NCBI GenBank assembly: GCA_025594325.1
Contig: JANHCV010000007.1
Location: forward strand, 310,001-374,000
DNA: 64,000 nucleotides
Reading direction: 5' to 3'
Source of the DNA: Blastocladiella emersonii ATCC 22665
Lineage: Eukaryota; Fungi; Blastocladiomycota
Position 1 is the first letter of the stretch; each line of letters starts with the position of its first letter. Below the pieces are notes generated by a model. That model was given only the letters and a program-made list of their open reading frames with translations. It searched no databases and was not told the origin of the DNA. A program made the position numbers and the translations under genes. Below are positions 9,446 to 22,266 of the stretch, piece by piece.

Positions 9446-12400
9446 ATGCCACGCACCCTCGCTGCCAAGAAACCGGCGGGCGACGGCACGGTGGCGTCCG
9501 CGAAGCGTGCGCGTGCCACGACCAGCGCCCCCAAACGGCGCAAGGTGGTCGCTTCCGCTACCGAAGATTATACTGTCTTACCGGTCGACGAGTCGGTACC
9601 CTCGGCTCCGCTTCGCGTGCCTCATTCGGCCGAGCAGCTGGAGCGCCGCATCCTTGCCGAGCGCTCAGCGACTGGCTGGTGGATCCCGTTCCCGGAGACC
9701 GCGAAGCTCCTCGAGCGTGGAATTTCTTCTGGGTCAGCTGAGCCGGCGCACTACTTGCTTGACTTGCTCAACCTCGCCGACGAGGACACGGTCCTTGCGG
9801 ACGGATCTCTTGACATTGACGCCTGGCCCGTTCCCGCGTCGCACCAGGATGACCAGCCCGGTACGCCGTGTCGTGTACCATTTTACGAAAGACGTGAGTG
9901 CTGATGCGCCACCCATCTAGATCTCTTCCTCCGGTCGTACAGCATCAAGCAGGCGGTGCGCATTCCACTTCCGCGCACTAAGCTTGACCACTTGCGCCGC
10001 TGGGTCGGCCCCGCTCGACCGATCCTCGCCGAGCTGACCCTCAGGCTCGAGCCCGTGCTTACTTTTGACCGCGCCCTCAACCATCGCCGACCTGTTGATA
10101 AGCCCAGCGACGATCGGACCGTTTATTATCGCATGGCGCCGCGCGCTGAGCCGTGGACACTTGCTGACCTTCGATTGCTCAAGGTGACGGACTTTTCTCC
10201 CGCCTACTCGTCGGACTCGTACTTTGACGACCAGCATCGCCGCGACGGGATCCACAAGCTGTTCAAGCCCGCCAACATTGGGCTTCGACTCTTGCCCTTG
10301 CTCGCCACCGACGCCGTATTTGCTGCCGATGACCCCGAGCCTGCCCAGCTCGCACTTGTTCAAAGAAGTAACCTCGTCATTCACACGCGCGGCGAAATGA
10401 CGCGATGGGCGACGCGAGCGGGCGACTTGGTCATGCACTGCCCCGAGTCTTGGCAGTCGGTGTTTGGCCAAGTCGACGGTTCTATTGCCCGCTACCTGCG
10501 CATCGTTGTACTTCCGATTGCTGGCGCGCAGTACTCTCAAGATCCGAATTGGACGTCGGGCTTCACGTACGAGTGGCGCTTCTATCTGCGCGCCGCTGAC
10601 ATGAACCGCGACTTGCGCTCGGGTGTTCCTGGCGCGCTTCGTGCGCTCCAGCGGCTTTTTCGAGTCTTCCCGATCCTCGGCAACCAGGGTACTTATTCCG
10701 CTCCAACTATCGCAAAACCCGGTGATCTTGCGCCAACGTGGATCCCTGCTCTTGCTACAATTGAGGCTGGCGCGGGGCCGCACGCGCATCTCGGCGCTGG
10801 CTTGGGCGCGCTTGAAGGCTTCTTGCCTCCTCGCCACGAGGACGATTTGCGTGCTTTTGCTTGGCTGTATCAGTACGAGTCGGATCCGTCGTTCCGTGCC
10901 TTCGTCGCCCCCGACCGCCACGCACGGCGACCATTTATTCGTCTTGGTCCTGGCGGCGTTCTCTTCAACCCGCATCTCGGTGAGTGGGCCGACTGCGATG
11001 TCTGGGCCGCGGACCGCGATGCCCAGCCACGCATTCCGTACGACTCGCGACACATCCAGCTTGGACTTTCGTACACGATTCCGACTGAAGATGTTCAGTG
11101 GCCTCTGCTTGCTCTCATGCACGGTCGTTCGTGCCCCGATCTCGAGTCGGTCAACATTTACGACGATGCCGCTCGCGACCGTTACTTTGCTTCGCGGGCC
11201 ACCCTGGTCCTTTGCTCGACTGGCCACTTTGATGGCATGTCCAAAGTTTTGCGTACTGCGCTTGGCGCGTCGGCGCGTATCGTGACCGTGAAGACGGTCG
11301 ACGATCACGCTCAGCTCTCATGGAACGTCCTTGAACTGGCTGACGTCGTGTTGCTCGACGCCAAGGTGATCGCTTCGGACGAGTATCGCGCTCGTGTCGC
11401 CGCTTTGGTCGACGAGCCCGTGTACCAGCGCCCGCTTACGCGCGCCGAGGCTACGGCCGTTGACAGCTGCGCGGATCCGGCGCTCAGTCAGGTGCGCATG
11501 TTCGCTGCGCATCTTGGCGACGTGGCCATCGAGTCCCTCATGGCGGGTCGCGATGCTTACGGTCCCCGCTGCGGCGAGGTCATCTTTGAGCGCACCTGGT
11601 TCCACCGCGTCGTTGTCTACAGCATCGAGATGCTGACCAAAGAGCCGCCGACTCCTGTCATGCCGCGGCGGCGCGGCTTCTGGTGCGTTGATCCCGGGTT
11701 TGGTGCCGATTCCGATGGCAGCGACGACGGCGGGATGCTCAGCGAGTGGGAGCGCGAGGAGCGGCGCATCGAGCGGCGGCTCATGGAGGAGGCGCTGATG
11801 CGCGAGCGTATGGTCGAGGAAATCGAGCGCGAGAAGCGTGAGATTACGGAGCGGTACGAGAACGAGAAGCTTGCTGTGCAGCGCGTCGCCGACTTCATCC
11901 CTGGGCTTCGCGGGACCAGTACCATTCTCGTCCGCGAGAAAATGTATACGCCTGGCCGCCACCCGGTGCTTGTCGCGACTCTTCCGCCTGGCGCGCCGGA
12001 GCCTGGCTGCGGAGAGTGGGGACACTTGATCGCCCACATGTCGTTCAATTATTCGCGAGACACGATTCCTTACCGCCCCGTCGTGCAGCGCGTCATCCCC
12101 GTCCAGCCCACGTCTGCCGAAATTCTCCTTGCACATGCCGCGATCGCGGGCAGCGCGCCGCTTACGACGCGCGAGTACCTCAAGGGCTTTCAGTGCCAGC
12201 AGCTTGTCCCGCTTGGTGTGCTGCCCGGGCAGTTTACGGACGGCGCGGAGCTGTCCGTGAACATGCTCGCTCAGCGGACATGTGATGGAGCTCCGGCCAA
12301 GCTTTCGCGGCTCAACCAGGCCGTCGCCGCGTGCGCTGCCGGACTTGACGCGGCGCGTGCCGCGGTGCAGCAGGCCGTCCACCAGTGGCCAGCCGGCCGC

Positions 12401-13309
12401 CGCTGGCTGCTTCAAAACGGACTTTCGGCCGCAGACTTTGCCGCTTCGCCTGACTCCCGTGCCCTGCCGAATCCCCTTTTTTCAATGCGCGCTCGGGACG
12501 TGAAGCTTGACGACCAGGTCCGCCTCCGCTCGTTTGCAGCGCTCGTGCAGGAGTGGCGCCAGCGTCTTGACTGCGCGACTCGCAAGCGCGACTCGTTTGT
12601 CGCCGCGATGCCGCTGCTCCAGGCCGCGGCGGCACTTGCAGAGCCCTATGTAGCTGCCTCGCTCACCTGCTCGTGCTGCTCAGCGATACTTGATGCTAAT
12701 CGGGCCCCCTTCTCGCTTATGTCATGCGCCCACGTCGTTTGTGACGGCTGCACGATCCCCGAGACGTGCTCAGCGTGCCGGTCGCCCGTTGACGCGCGAT
12801 TCGTGACGCACGCGCCCGAGGGCCGCGGTGTCATCTTCCCGCACGTGTCCAAGGTCGACGCGATCGGCTCGTACATTCAGTCCGAGCTCGCCGCCAACGC
12901 CAACCTCAAGGTCGTCGTGTGGACGCAGTTTTCGGGCTTCGCCGCCGCGCTCGCGGCCCTGCTCGCGCGCCGCCGCCTCGGGATCAGGGTCATTGACGGT
13001 ACCTCGGGCCACTCGGTGACCGTCAGCGCCGCAACAAGCGAGTTCAAGTCGCACGCGGGCCCCGTCGTCGCGATCCTGCACGCCGAGGGCCACTTTGCCC
13101 TGACCTCGGTCCAGTCCGAGACGCACGTCGTGTTCGCGCACCCGCTTATCGCGCCGACGCTGCGTACCGCGCGCGAGCTCGAGATGCGCATTCTCTCGCG
13201 GACCGTGGTTGTCCGTGTGACGGAGGTTGTACAGGTCGCGCGGTTTGTGGCAGCGGGCACGCTCGAGGTCGAGATGAATGAAGAGCGGACGCGGGTGCCG
13301 TGGACGTGA
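9446..13309 (+). CDS. SNF2/Rad5-like RING-finger protein with degenerate ATPase motifs, copy 1
   Basis: Intron 9861-9920 (GTACGC...TAG) joins ORFs 9419-9904 and 9956-13309 in frame. C3HC4 RING (CSCC...CAHVVCDGC...CSAC) followed by helicase-C-like SKVDAI...KVVVWTQF...RFVAAGTLE. Confidence 0.7.
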
Positions 13310-13732
13310 AACGGTTGGTCGATATCTTTATGTGACATTATTTGATCGTTTTTTTTTATTATATCTGTGTGATCTCGATGAACCAAAACGTCGGATTTTT
13401 TCACGATAACTCTTCTCGTTTGTAAGCCGAGTGGGTGGAGGAGCGAGGCTGGGAGACGCGTTGCGCCACACCTGCCACCCCCATCACGTCACGCGTCGCG
13501 CCAGCTCACAGAGACGCGTCGATGTTTTTGTGTCGCGTTCGCGTCCTCGTCGATGCGATTCAACTTCACCCCTCTCTGCCATGCATACGCACCCTTAGAC
13601 TACTTGCATTATGCCGACCGGGACCACTGCCCGGCCCTCTGACGGCCACTCCTCGCCGCCATTGCCACGGCCACCGGCTAGCGACGTGACGTCTCTAACC
13701 TCGGCAACGAAATGTACCACACATAGCTTCAA

Positions 13733-15709
13733 ATGACGACGAAGGCGGCTTCCAAGTCGTCGATTTCGGACGAGGCTCTCAGCTCGCCGAATGCTGGCCA
13801 GATTTCGAAGTCTTCGATTTCTGAACAGCTTGAGCTTCACACCCGTCTCGGGAAACGCCTGGATCTCATTCGCGCAGCGCTATTCGCACGCCTTGATCCG
13901 GATTCACTGATTGACGATGTCGCCGCGCCAAGCTCCAGCGCGTTCTCGCTTATCGCTGATCCCGACGTCGCGGTTTCGCGCTCGCGCTGGCCAATCAACC
14001 TTGATGTTCCGGTCTCATTTCCCTCGTCTTCACAGCCATCGCATTCACCAGCACCACTTTCCCTCAGCTCTATCACCTCGCTATCCAGATTTGGTTCGCA
14101 ATCCCAGGTGCCTCTGCTTTCTCGCGGCGTAACCGGCTCCGGATTTGGCTTCTTCTCATCAATCGCTGTGAACCCTCGGCCGGCCGCGTTGGGCTCGGCG
14201 ACTGTGACGATGGCGACTCACGCGTTGCCGCCACCGGCTCCCAGTCATTCGCTGCCTTCGCCTTCGTCCTTATCGACTGCTTTACCGGCAACATACGCTC
14301 AAGATTCACGTCATCAGCAAACCCAGCCAGCACTGTCGTCGGACAAAACATCGGCTTCCCGATCTGAGCTCGGGCGGATTTTGCGCAAGGTCGACGACAA
14401 TTTCTCATTCCGCGGCGTCAAGGTGCGGCACAATGTCTCCGTGGCCATGGACGGCTTCATCCGCGCTCTCAATGCCGCAGGCGTTCCGCGTGGCCAACTT
14501 GCGAATGCTCTCATCGAATCGCATGAACAAGTCCCACCGCTCATCCACCGCATGTTTGCGATCGCGCTCTCGCCCGAAATTTCAGACGACACAGCGAGGA
14601 CTATTGTCACAAGCGTTTTTGTCGAGCCGCAGCCCGAGTGGTTTTCATAGTGGCTCCGTTTCTATTTCCACCCAGTGCCAGAGCAGCAGCGCGGATTTGA
14701 TGTTTGCGAGCTGATCGCGTCCGCAACGAAGATTGTCCACGCTACCAGCGCCGCGGGCGGCGTTCGCATGGATCCCGACCAGCGCTGCTTTGCTCGGCAC
14801 ATCAAGTCGCTTTTCGTTGACCGGCTGGGCTGGGTCGACCGCGCGTTGCTGCTCAAGCACATTGACGACGACACTTGCCCGCTCAATCGTGTCCTCGAAT
14901 TGGCCGTCAAGCTAATGCCCATGGACGCGATCTTTACAGCGACCCCCGCCTGCTCCTCCTCGAGTGTTATGACTGCCAGCGCCGTCACGGCTGCTCACTC
15001 GCCGCAACCACTCTTCCCGCCCGCTTCTACTTTTATCTCGCACATCGCTTGTGGCCACTGTCGCTTCCTCGCGTCGTCGTCGCGTACTCGGTCAGCTGTA
15101 GTGATCGAACCGCACAACAAAGACAAGTGCTCGCGACTTGGCAACGTGAAAGTGCTCGCGGAAATGACCACTGCTGTCCTAGTCGGAGCCTCGTGCCTCG
15201 GTTTGGTTGAACTCCCACGCTCCGGCGACAACGAGGCCTCGCTGCTTGGCCGCCTCGCGCGCGTGGCTCAAGCGCTGGAGCGGATCCAGGAGCTGATTCG
15301 TGCGGGCTACGGGACTCGAGCAGCGCACGCGCGCATCGGCCTGTTCGCAATGCAGCAGATCGCCTCGGACTCAAAGCGCCGGTGGCTGCTCCGCAAACTG
15401 ATTGTCGCGCTATACCTTACGCAAGAGTCTGCTGCCGGACGGCTCGCCGCAGGGGCTGTTTCTGCCGGGATCGATCGGATGATGCAGCTATTTGGCCCGC
15501 CTCGGCTGCCGCTGCCTTCTTTCCTTGACCAGCAGCGCCGACGCCGTCGTGATGGCGACAACGCGGAAACCGGGTTAACGACGCTCAACACAGCGTCAGT
15601 GGGAGCAGACGGTGGTGCTGGCCTCGGCCCTGCCGCTCACAGGGCCGCGCCAGCGCGGAACTCGCGGCCCTGCAAAAGGTGGCGGAAGGCGTTGACTGCA
15701 AAAGCTTGA
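13733..15709 (+). pseudogene. hypothetical protein gene with one in-frame TAG (14648-14650)
   Basis: ORFs 13733-14650 and 14675-15709 share a frame and read EWFS*WLRFYFHPVPEQ across the stop. No convincing intron removes it, and no family was recognised. Confidence 0.45.
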
Positions 15710-16145
15710 TTTGAGCGTTGCTGAAATACATCTCCTGACCTGACATATATGCATCCATCGTTGCCGAACCATTCTTATGGGTAAAGCTTAGCCGCTTCAG
15801 ACATCCATTGTTACTCCTTGCCGACTGCCCACGTCAACGAATCAAAATCTCGCCTAGGCAGGAGTGAGGGCGCTGCGCGACCGATGAATAGTCTCATAGA
15901 TTGACGTCCGCAATCGACCAGCAGTTGCGGACACAGTTGCAGTTCGCTGGGCACGTCAAGTGTCAGGTTTTCCACTTTCTAAACGGCTGAGTTGGCACAG
16001 TGGTTTGCTTGCATGTTCCCCCCCCCCTTAGCGTGGGCGACCTGCCTGGGGACGCAGGGCGCGTTCAAACCCCAGCGAACGCGCAGCACTTCTATATGGA
16101 GCAGCCTCCGTATACCCGCACCGCGCCTCCCCACTTACCGCCGGC

Positions 16146-17025
16146 TCAGCCTGTGTGATTCTTTTTGTAGTCGTTCTTTTTTGCTGCTGGCCGCGCAACC
16201 GGCAATCGTCGGGCTGCTACTCGTTCCTTCTTAAATAGCCTTTTATCGCACCATTTTCCAATGAATGGAAGGTTGATATTCGTGATAGTGAGCACTTTGC
16301 ATGCCCGAGCGGAGCAGCATGAGGCTGGGAGGTTGTCAATCGTATTGGCCGGCCGGCGAGGAGGTCCATGTCGTGCCATGGCGGTGCTTCGTGCCCAAAG
16401 CCAAGCACAGTCGCTGAGTGGCCTGGACGGCGCTGTGGCGCAACACGGTCACGCGCTGATGAGCAACGTGCGCTACCACACGGGCTTCGCGCTTTGAGCT
16501 CTCAAGACTAAATGCGCTGAGTCCAAGCTCGTTCGGATACGATTGTATTTAATTGTGAAAGCATTTGCGTTTTGGATTCGTCGTGTTTGCTCATCCTTCG
16601 CGCCATCTGCCTCAACAGTAACTAGGTTGAGGGGTCTGCCGCAGGAGTCAGCGCAGCAGCGAGAGAAGGGAGCATCAGTGTTCACTGCGGCGGGATGCAC
16701 CGCAACATCCGGGTCCACAGTCGCTGTGATGATAAGCGGTTGAGGCAGATGCTGGCGCGCTGCGAAAACGGCATCGACTATCAACTGGGCGCCGGTTGCA
16801 GTCACGCCGCGGGATATGATTAGGTTGAGTCGTAGCAGCGCAGCGTGGTTTTTGGAGCTCGTTGAGCTGCGACACGTCCAGGGCGCCTTGGTCACTCATT
16901 GTCGTACCGCAGATGGTGAGCGAATCGAGGCGGGCTAGCAGACGCGAGAAAAGCTTCAAGTAAGCCCAGTTCCGGGATAGACGTCGAGCCGATGGAGAGC
17001 TCGACGAGGGTAGGTGGATAACCAA
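16146..17025 (-). pseudogene. decayed ORF of unknown function
   Basis: Protein-like segments in ORFs 16675-17025 and 16473-16895 can be joined by a 1-nt change in an A5 run (~16849-16853); further stops follow. Confidence 0.3.
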
Positions 17026-17369
17026 GCGTTCGAAGCGCGCGTGATCGCGTGTCCGAAGTCAAACGCGTGTCTCTCCTGTGTAGTTGCTTCGAGTCTCCTT
17101 TGCTCCCGGGCTGCTTTCCGTCAGTCGAGGCTCTCTAGCCTGCCGGGTCCTGTCCTGATCCCTCTACTGATCCGCTCATCCTAATAACGGAGACGGCCTA
17201 CTTCCAACGGCTCCCGCGCCTACGATTAGTGAGCGCACCAATCTCTCATTTCATATAATCAACTTCGCTACTGAAACCTTTCTCGGACTGCTCCGAGCGC
17301 GGATGCGTGGACGCGAGCACATGTGCACGTGGGTGTGGCTGAAACGTACGCCGTGGGGCTTGAGCCGAG

Positions 17370-20277
17370 ATGGGAACGAGAGCTGTTGATCGTCCGCTCG
17401 AGCTCTCTCCCCACCTCAGCAAAATGGAAGCCAATGAAACCGCCGACTATGTAACTCGTGGCAAAGCCCTAATCGAGGCTTGTTCGACCGGTCGAGCCAT
17501 GGTCGTCACCGTCCCCGCCGACTTTGGCCGGCCGGCTTTCCTGATTGACTTCCGCGAGACCCGGGACATCCTTGTCACGGACCGCTCGAAGCCTTCCCAT
17601 GTGAGCGTCGCCGCCATGAACGCTCTCCTCTTCTCGATGCTGGCCCATGCTCGCGAGGCTCGCGGCGACGACGCCACTTTCACCCTGCTCGTCGCGCCCG
17701 CGGATCTTGACGCTGCGACCCGCGTTGCCCGCTTTCGGAAGAATGGTGTGCGCAGGGGCAAGCACACCCGTGGCTCGTGCCCTTTTATCGCTTGGCTCGG
17801 CGCCCATGTCAGCGACGAATTTATGCTCATCGCGCTCCCGCGTTGTGATGCCGGCCACTGGTCGCTTGTGGTCTTCGCCCGTGTCCCCGGTGCGTGGCAC
17901 GCTCTCTCGTTCGACAGCGACCCGTGTCATCCCGAGCCCTCGGATTTCAAGCACATCGACGACGTCCTTGTCGATCTGTGCGCTCTCAATAACGACTCCT
18001 CCAAGATCAACTACGTGACGCCGACCGGCCAGCTCGTTTTGGGCAAGTCGGAATGCAGCGCTGCGTGCGTCGCGCACCACTTTGCGGCTGTGCTGTCCGA
18101 CTCCCGCAGCATCCTTGACACGCTCGCCGCTTTCAAGAGCGACGAGCTTGATGACCTCGCCGTAAAACAGGACCTTGGGATCCGCTATGGTCTTCTTGAC
18201 GTCTATAGACGACTCGCGACTGTCACCGCAGCTGAAGACGCAAGCGAGCTTGAATCAATTGCCGACGCTGTTCGTGTCCATTATCACCGCCACCTCACGG
18301 TCACGCTTGCCTTGCTTGCACCCTTTGGTGTGAGAAAGATCTTGCAGTCGACCAAAATGCGCTCCCTTCTCGCCGCGTACCTTTGCGATTTTATGCGGCC
18401 AGACTTGTTCGCGCCGCCTGCCTCCTCGTCCGCCTTGGCTAGCATTCTTCCCTTGAACGCAATCGTCGCTTCCGAATCGCCACTCGACAGGGATTCCGTG
18501 GCTTCGTCGCCGCTGCCAGCCCAACTTGAGGCGACGCTTGACCGTCCCGTAGGGCCGCCACGGCCTGCTCTTCCGGAGCTGTCTGGGGACTCGCTGCTGA
18601 CTTCGTCGGACCGCCCCATTTTGCTTCCCGTACCGCAGCTCCCAAAACCGCCTCGGCGGCCCGCTCCTGTTGATGGTACACTCTCACTCGCACGTCTTAG
18701 CTTCTCGCTCGACGCTAACTATGCCGCACCTGCTTAGATCTCGTGGAGATGGCTTTGCCGTCGCCGTGCAAGCGCCACCGGTCCGATTCACTGGCCGAGT
18801 CTCATCAGCCCAAACCGCTTGCTCGGATCAACGTCGCTGAGTATGAGGATGGCGAGATTGGCGAGCCCGACTCGTGCCTTGCGCGGGCGGATCCTGCTTC
18901 ACCCGCCTACGACTACGACATGATGGATGTGGACCCGGCCATGTGCGATATTGATCTCGGTTACGACCTTTTACCCGCCAACCACGGCACTGCCAGCGAC
19001 GCTTCTAACCACGCGGCTGGAGTTGATGTTGTTGCGGTAATCAACGTCATTGCCACCGCACCGCCACCATCGGATCTGAGCAACGAACAGGTGTCAGACC
19101 AGCCCGCGCTCGCGAGAACGGACCCTGCCATCGCGCCGCGCGCTCTCAACTCGACATTCCGCAATGGTGTCAACACCGGTGCTGAAATCTTTGCCGAAAT
19201 CAACCGCTTCATCGCGAACGACAGCGCGATTACCAGGTTCGCCCAATTTCTCAATGCAAACCCGGTCCCAGTCGCACTGGAAGCGGGCGAAGGCTGGCCG
19301 AATCATCCCCTATACAGGGACACGGTCTGTCTTGACTGGCTCCGTGCCGGTGTGCGGGAGCTCCCCTTCGTTTTTCACTCCAACGTCTCAATCCCGGAGC
19401 AGACGGTTGCACTTGAGGCCCTTGTTGCGCTCGCTCGCATGGAAATACAGCAGCTTGGTCGCATCCGCGGTTTTGGACCTCAGCCTTGTCCTACAGGTGG
19501 GCGCGCCACGTGGCAGCCCCACATGCACCCCAGACGACTTCTCAATCCTGTGCGCGCCGCCGCCGGCCCATTTGCTCTCCTCTACGAGCGCTACGGCCCA
19601 GGCGTCATGGGCAGTCACGCTAGCCATGACCTCCTCGGCCCGTCTTTCCGTGCGTTGACAAGGCGGCAGAGCAGTGTCATGCAGCTCTTGCCGCCGCCGC
19701 GTTTGACACTGAATACCGCGACGCAACCATCAACGCTTCTATTAAGCTCATTGAGCAGTTGCACGATGGCCCGCTTGCCGCCATTCTTGTATTCCATCTT
19801 GCGTCGTTTGTGAGCCATGCGCACTTCATTGAAACCCCAAATGTCACGCGCAAGAACAAGTCCTACTCGCTCACCTCTTCTTCAGGTACGCTCTGTACGC
19901 TCCTACTCCAGTTGCTGCCTGGACTCACACTTCCTTTCTTGCGCTTGCTTGTAGTCACCAACCCGGATCTGGGGCCACATGAACGCATTGCTGAAATCGT
20001 CGCACTTGCTGGCCGCTTCAACCCATGGATGGTAGAGCCCATTCAGCCCACCACTGACCCCCACCTTCCCCACAAACTGCGATACCTCACCATCTCGACT
20101 GGCTTCGCTTCGGATCAACCAACGCTCGCAGCAGCTACTCGCTCGTGGATCTACCGCCATGCCCGCTTCGATGGGCGCTCTAACAAGGCAGCCGCTGCGG
20201 GTCCACCTGCGAACTCGGATCCGACGAGCGGTACTGCGTCGTCGTGGCCTGCTCTGCACAAGCTTCTGTACCCGTAG
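17370..20277 (+). CDS. Ulp1/SENP-like (C48) cysteine protease with a long C-terminal extension (one intron, one apparent frameshift)
   Basis: GHWSLVVF (His), SFDSD (Asp) and GQLVLGKSEC (Gln/Cys) are in C48 order. Intron 18676-18737 (GTACAC...GCTAAC...TTAG) fuses ORFs 17370 and 18743 in frame. An apparent 1-nt loss near 19650 links to the frame of ORF 19759-20277. Confidence 0.6.
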
Positions 20278-22266
20278 GAATCCGTAGATTGTCAAAATAT
20301 ACGTTGCAGTCACTTTTTTTGTTTGCGCTCATTCTAATCATTCTAATCAACTTGACGATGTCAGATTTGCGTCATCGCAATTGCGGTCGAAAGCGACGGG
20401 CCGTTGGGTGGCGCAACGCGGTCACGCGGCCGGACGCGTGGCGCCACACTGGCCCTTTGGAGAGATTGGTCCTCGCTCGGATCAAGTCTAGTTGACGAGA
20501 GGCCTTAACGTGCGACTGTTACACGATTCGTTATCATACCAGCCTTGGTTTCTCGCTCGGATCGGCCTTCAAGGAACTCAGTTTTGGCGGCCTCAGGAAC
20601 GGGTCGCGATGCGACTGATAACGCTCACCATATATATACTGCCTCTCCTTCCAGCTATCCCAAACCGACGCAAACACATCGCCAAACTATAATTTTCCTC
20701 TGCGACGCGCCGCACCAGAATGATGGGACGTCACTGCGCCCGCGAGCGGCGCGGGCTTTTCACGGCGCTCGCGCGAGCGGTGCCCGAACAGCGCGACGCA
20801 GGGAGGAAAGGTCGATGACAATCGGGTCCGTTTGGCGAGCAGCAAACGCGCAGAAGTGGTGAGCTGATGTCGAAGTGGTTGAGCGACTTCCGCGGCACTT
20901 GGTCGCAGGCGGAGGCGGCGGCGGCGGCGGCGGTGTGCATCAACTCTGACCCGTAAGTCATGTTCCCGAACTGCTTTACGAGTGTTGATAATGTACTCCC
21001 ACGACTTGTTTCCAAGCACGCGGTGACTCATGGTGCTAGCGTGGTTCGCTTTGGTAATCTTGCGCTCGCGATGGGAGAACGGCGGCGCCCATCGAACGCG
21101 AATGCCCAGACGAGCCCGGTATCAAGTGAAGAGGGCACTGCGCAATCTCACGAACCTCGTGAAACCACTTCATTGCAGAGCACCGTATCCAAGCCATCCA
21201 GCGGCAAGCACAGTGGAGGCTCGGTCCAGGGAGCACGATCTGGCAACAACCACTGACCGTGATCCGCATCAATCTAGGCAAGTATCAAGGAACGCCCGCT
21301 CGGAGTCAGTAATGCACGCGCGTCGTCGGAACGCGACCAACGGCGCATTTAGTTGAAGATTAAGTAGTCGCACCTTTTCAACCAGGTTCCCATCCCAAGA
21401 AGGCACCCGTGCAAACGTATCCCTGCAACCGGCGCTGAGACGAAGCAGCAGCGGCAGCGGGGCAGTCGACTGCCGGACGCGTGCCGCGGCGGCGGATTTG
21501 ACACGCAGCGGCTGCGCCTTGTGATTCAATGCAGCAAGTTGCAGTATCGATAAACAAGTTTCATGCAAGTGGTGATGCTGGAGAGTTCAGCAGCGGGGAG
21601 CGAGAACCAAGCCGAGTCAAGCGCGGGCAGGGAGCCCACCGCCGGCGCGGCATCAAGGCGCTGGCTCCAAATGCGGAAGGCGCGCGCTTCATGACCCAAT
21701 CACGACCTCAAGTCCGACGCGTCGTGCCCGAACTCGAGAAAAGGCTGCGCACTGGACCAAAGGTTCATGCAAACAGCATCCGCCGACGCGACGCATCGCG
21801 TAGCGGCAACACGACCAACGTCGTGCCGCCAAGTGGATCGCGGACCCGTCCGGGCCAGCTCGCCGCCTTGACGGCCACCGGCACCGTGTTCCATTCGTTT
21901 GCCATGACTTGCAGTGTCGGGTTGCATTCCGCGCGTCGGGTGCGTTCGAGAAGCAACGCACACGGAGCCGCGCACCGCGACGCGTCGTGTTTCCGAACGC
22001 GTCGCGCGTCGCGTGACCCGTCGCCACGGCCTTTCCCCAATCCTCTTCGATCATGAAGCGCCCTCGGAAACCGCGGCTCGGCCGGCCTTGAGTACGCGAG
22101 TACGGGCGGCGTGGCGCTGGGTTCGGGTCATGGCCGGGTCCCGGGCCGAGGCGCATCCGAGCCGAGCCGCCGTGTGTGCGGCGCGATGCCGGCGATCGTT
22201 CACCTCTTCCTCTCATTCTTCCCTGCTCTGAAGCACCTCTCTCTGCCTGCAACGTATCAAACAACC

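Noticed and set aside
9917-12415. Long antisense ORFs (9917-11308, 11318-12415; likewise 33686-35431, 39445-40929, 53468-55303, 55937-57133)
   Set aside because: Shadow frames of GC3-rich genes on the opposite strand; no motifs of their own.
20300-22200. ORFs of 80-190 aa in all frames
   Set aside because: Arg/Ala-rich translations without codon bias or splice support; treated as intergenic.
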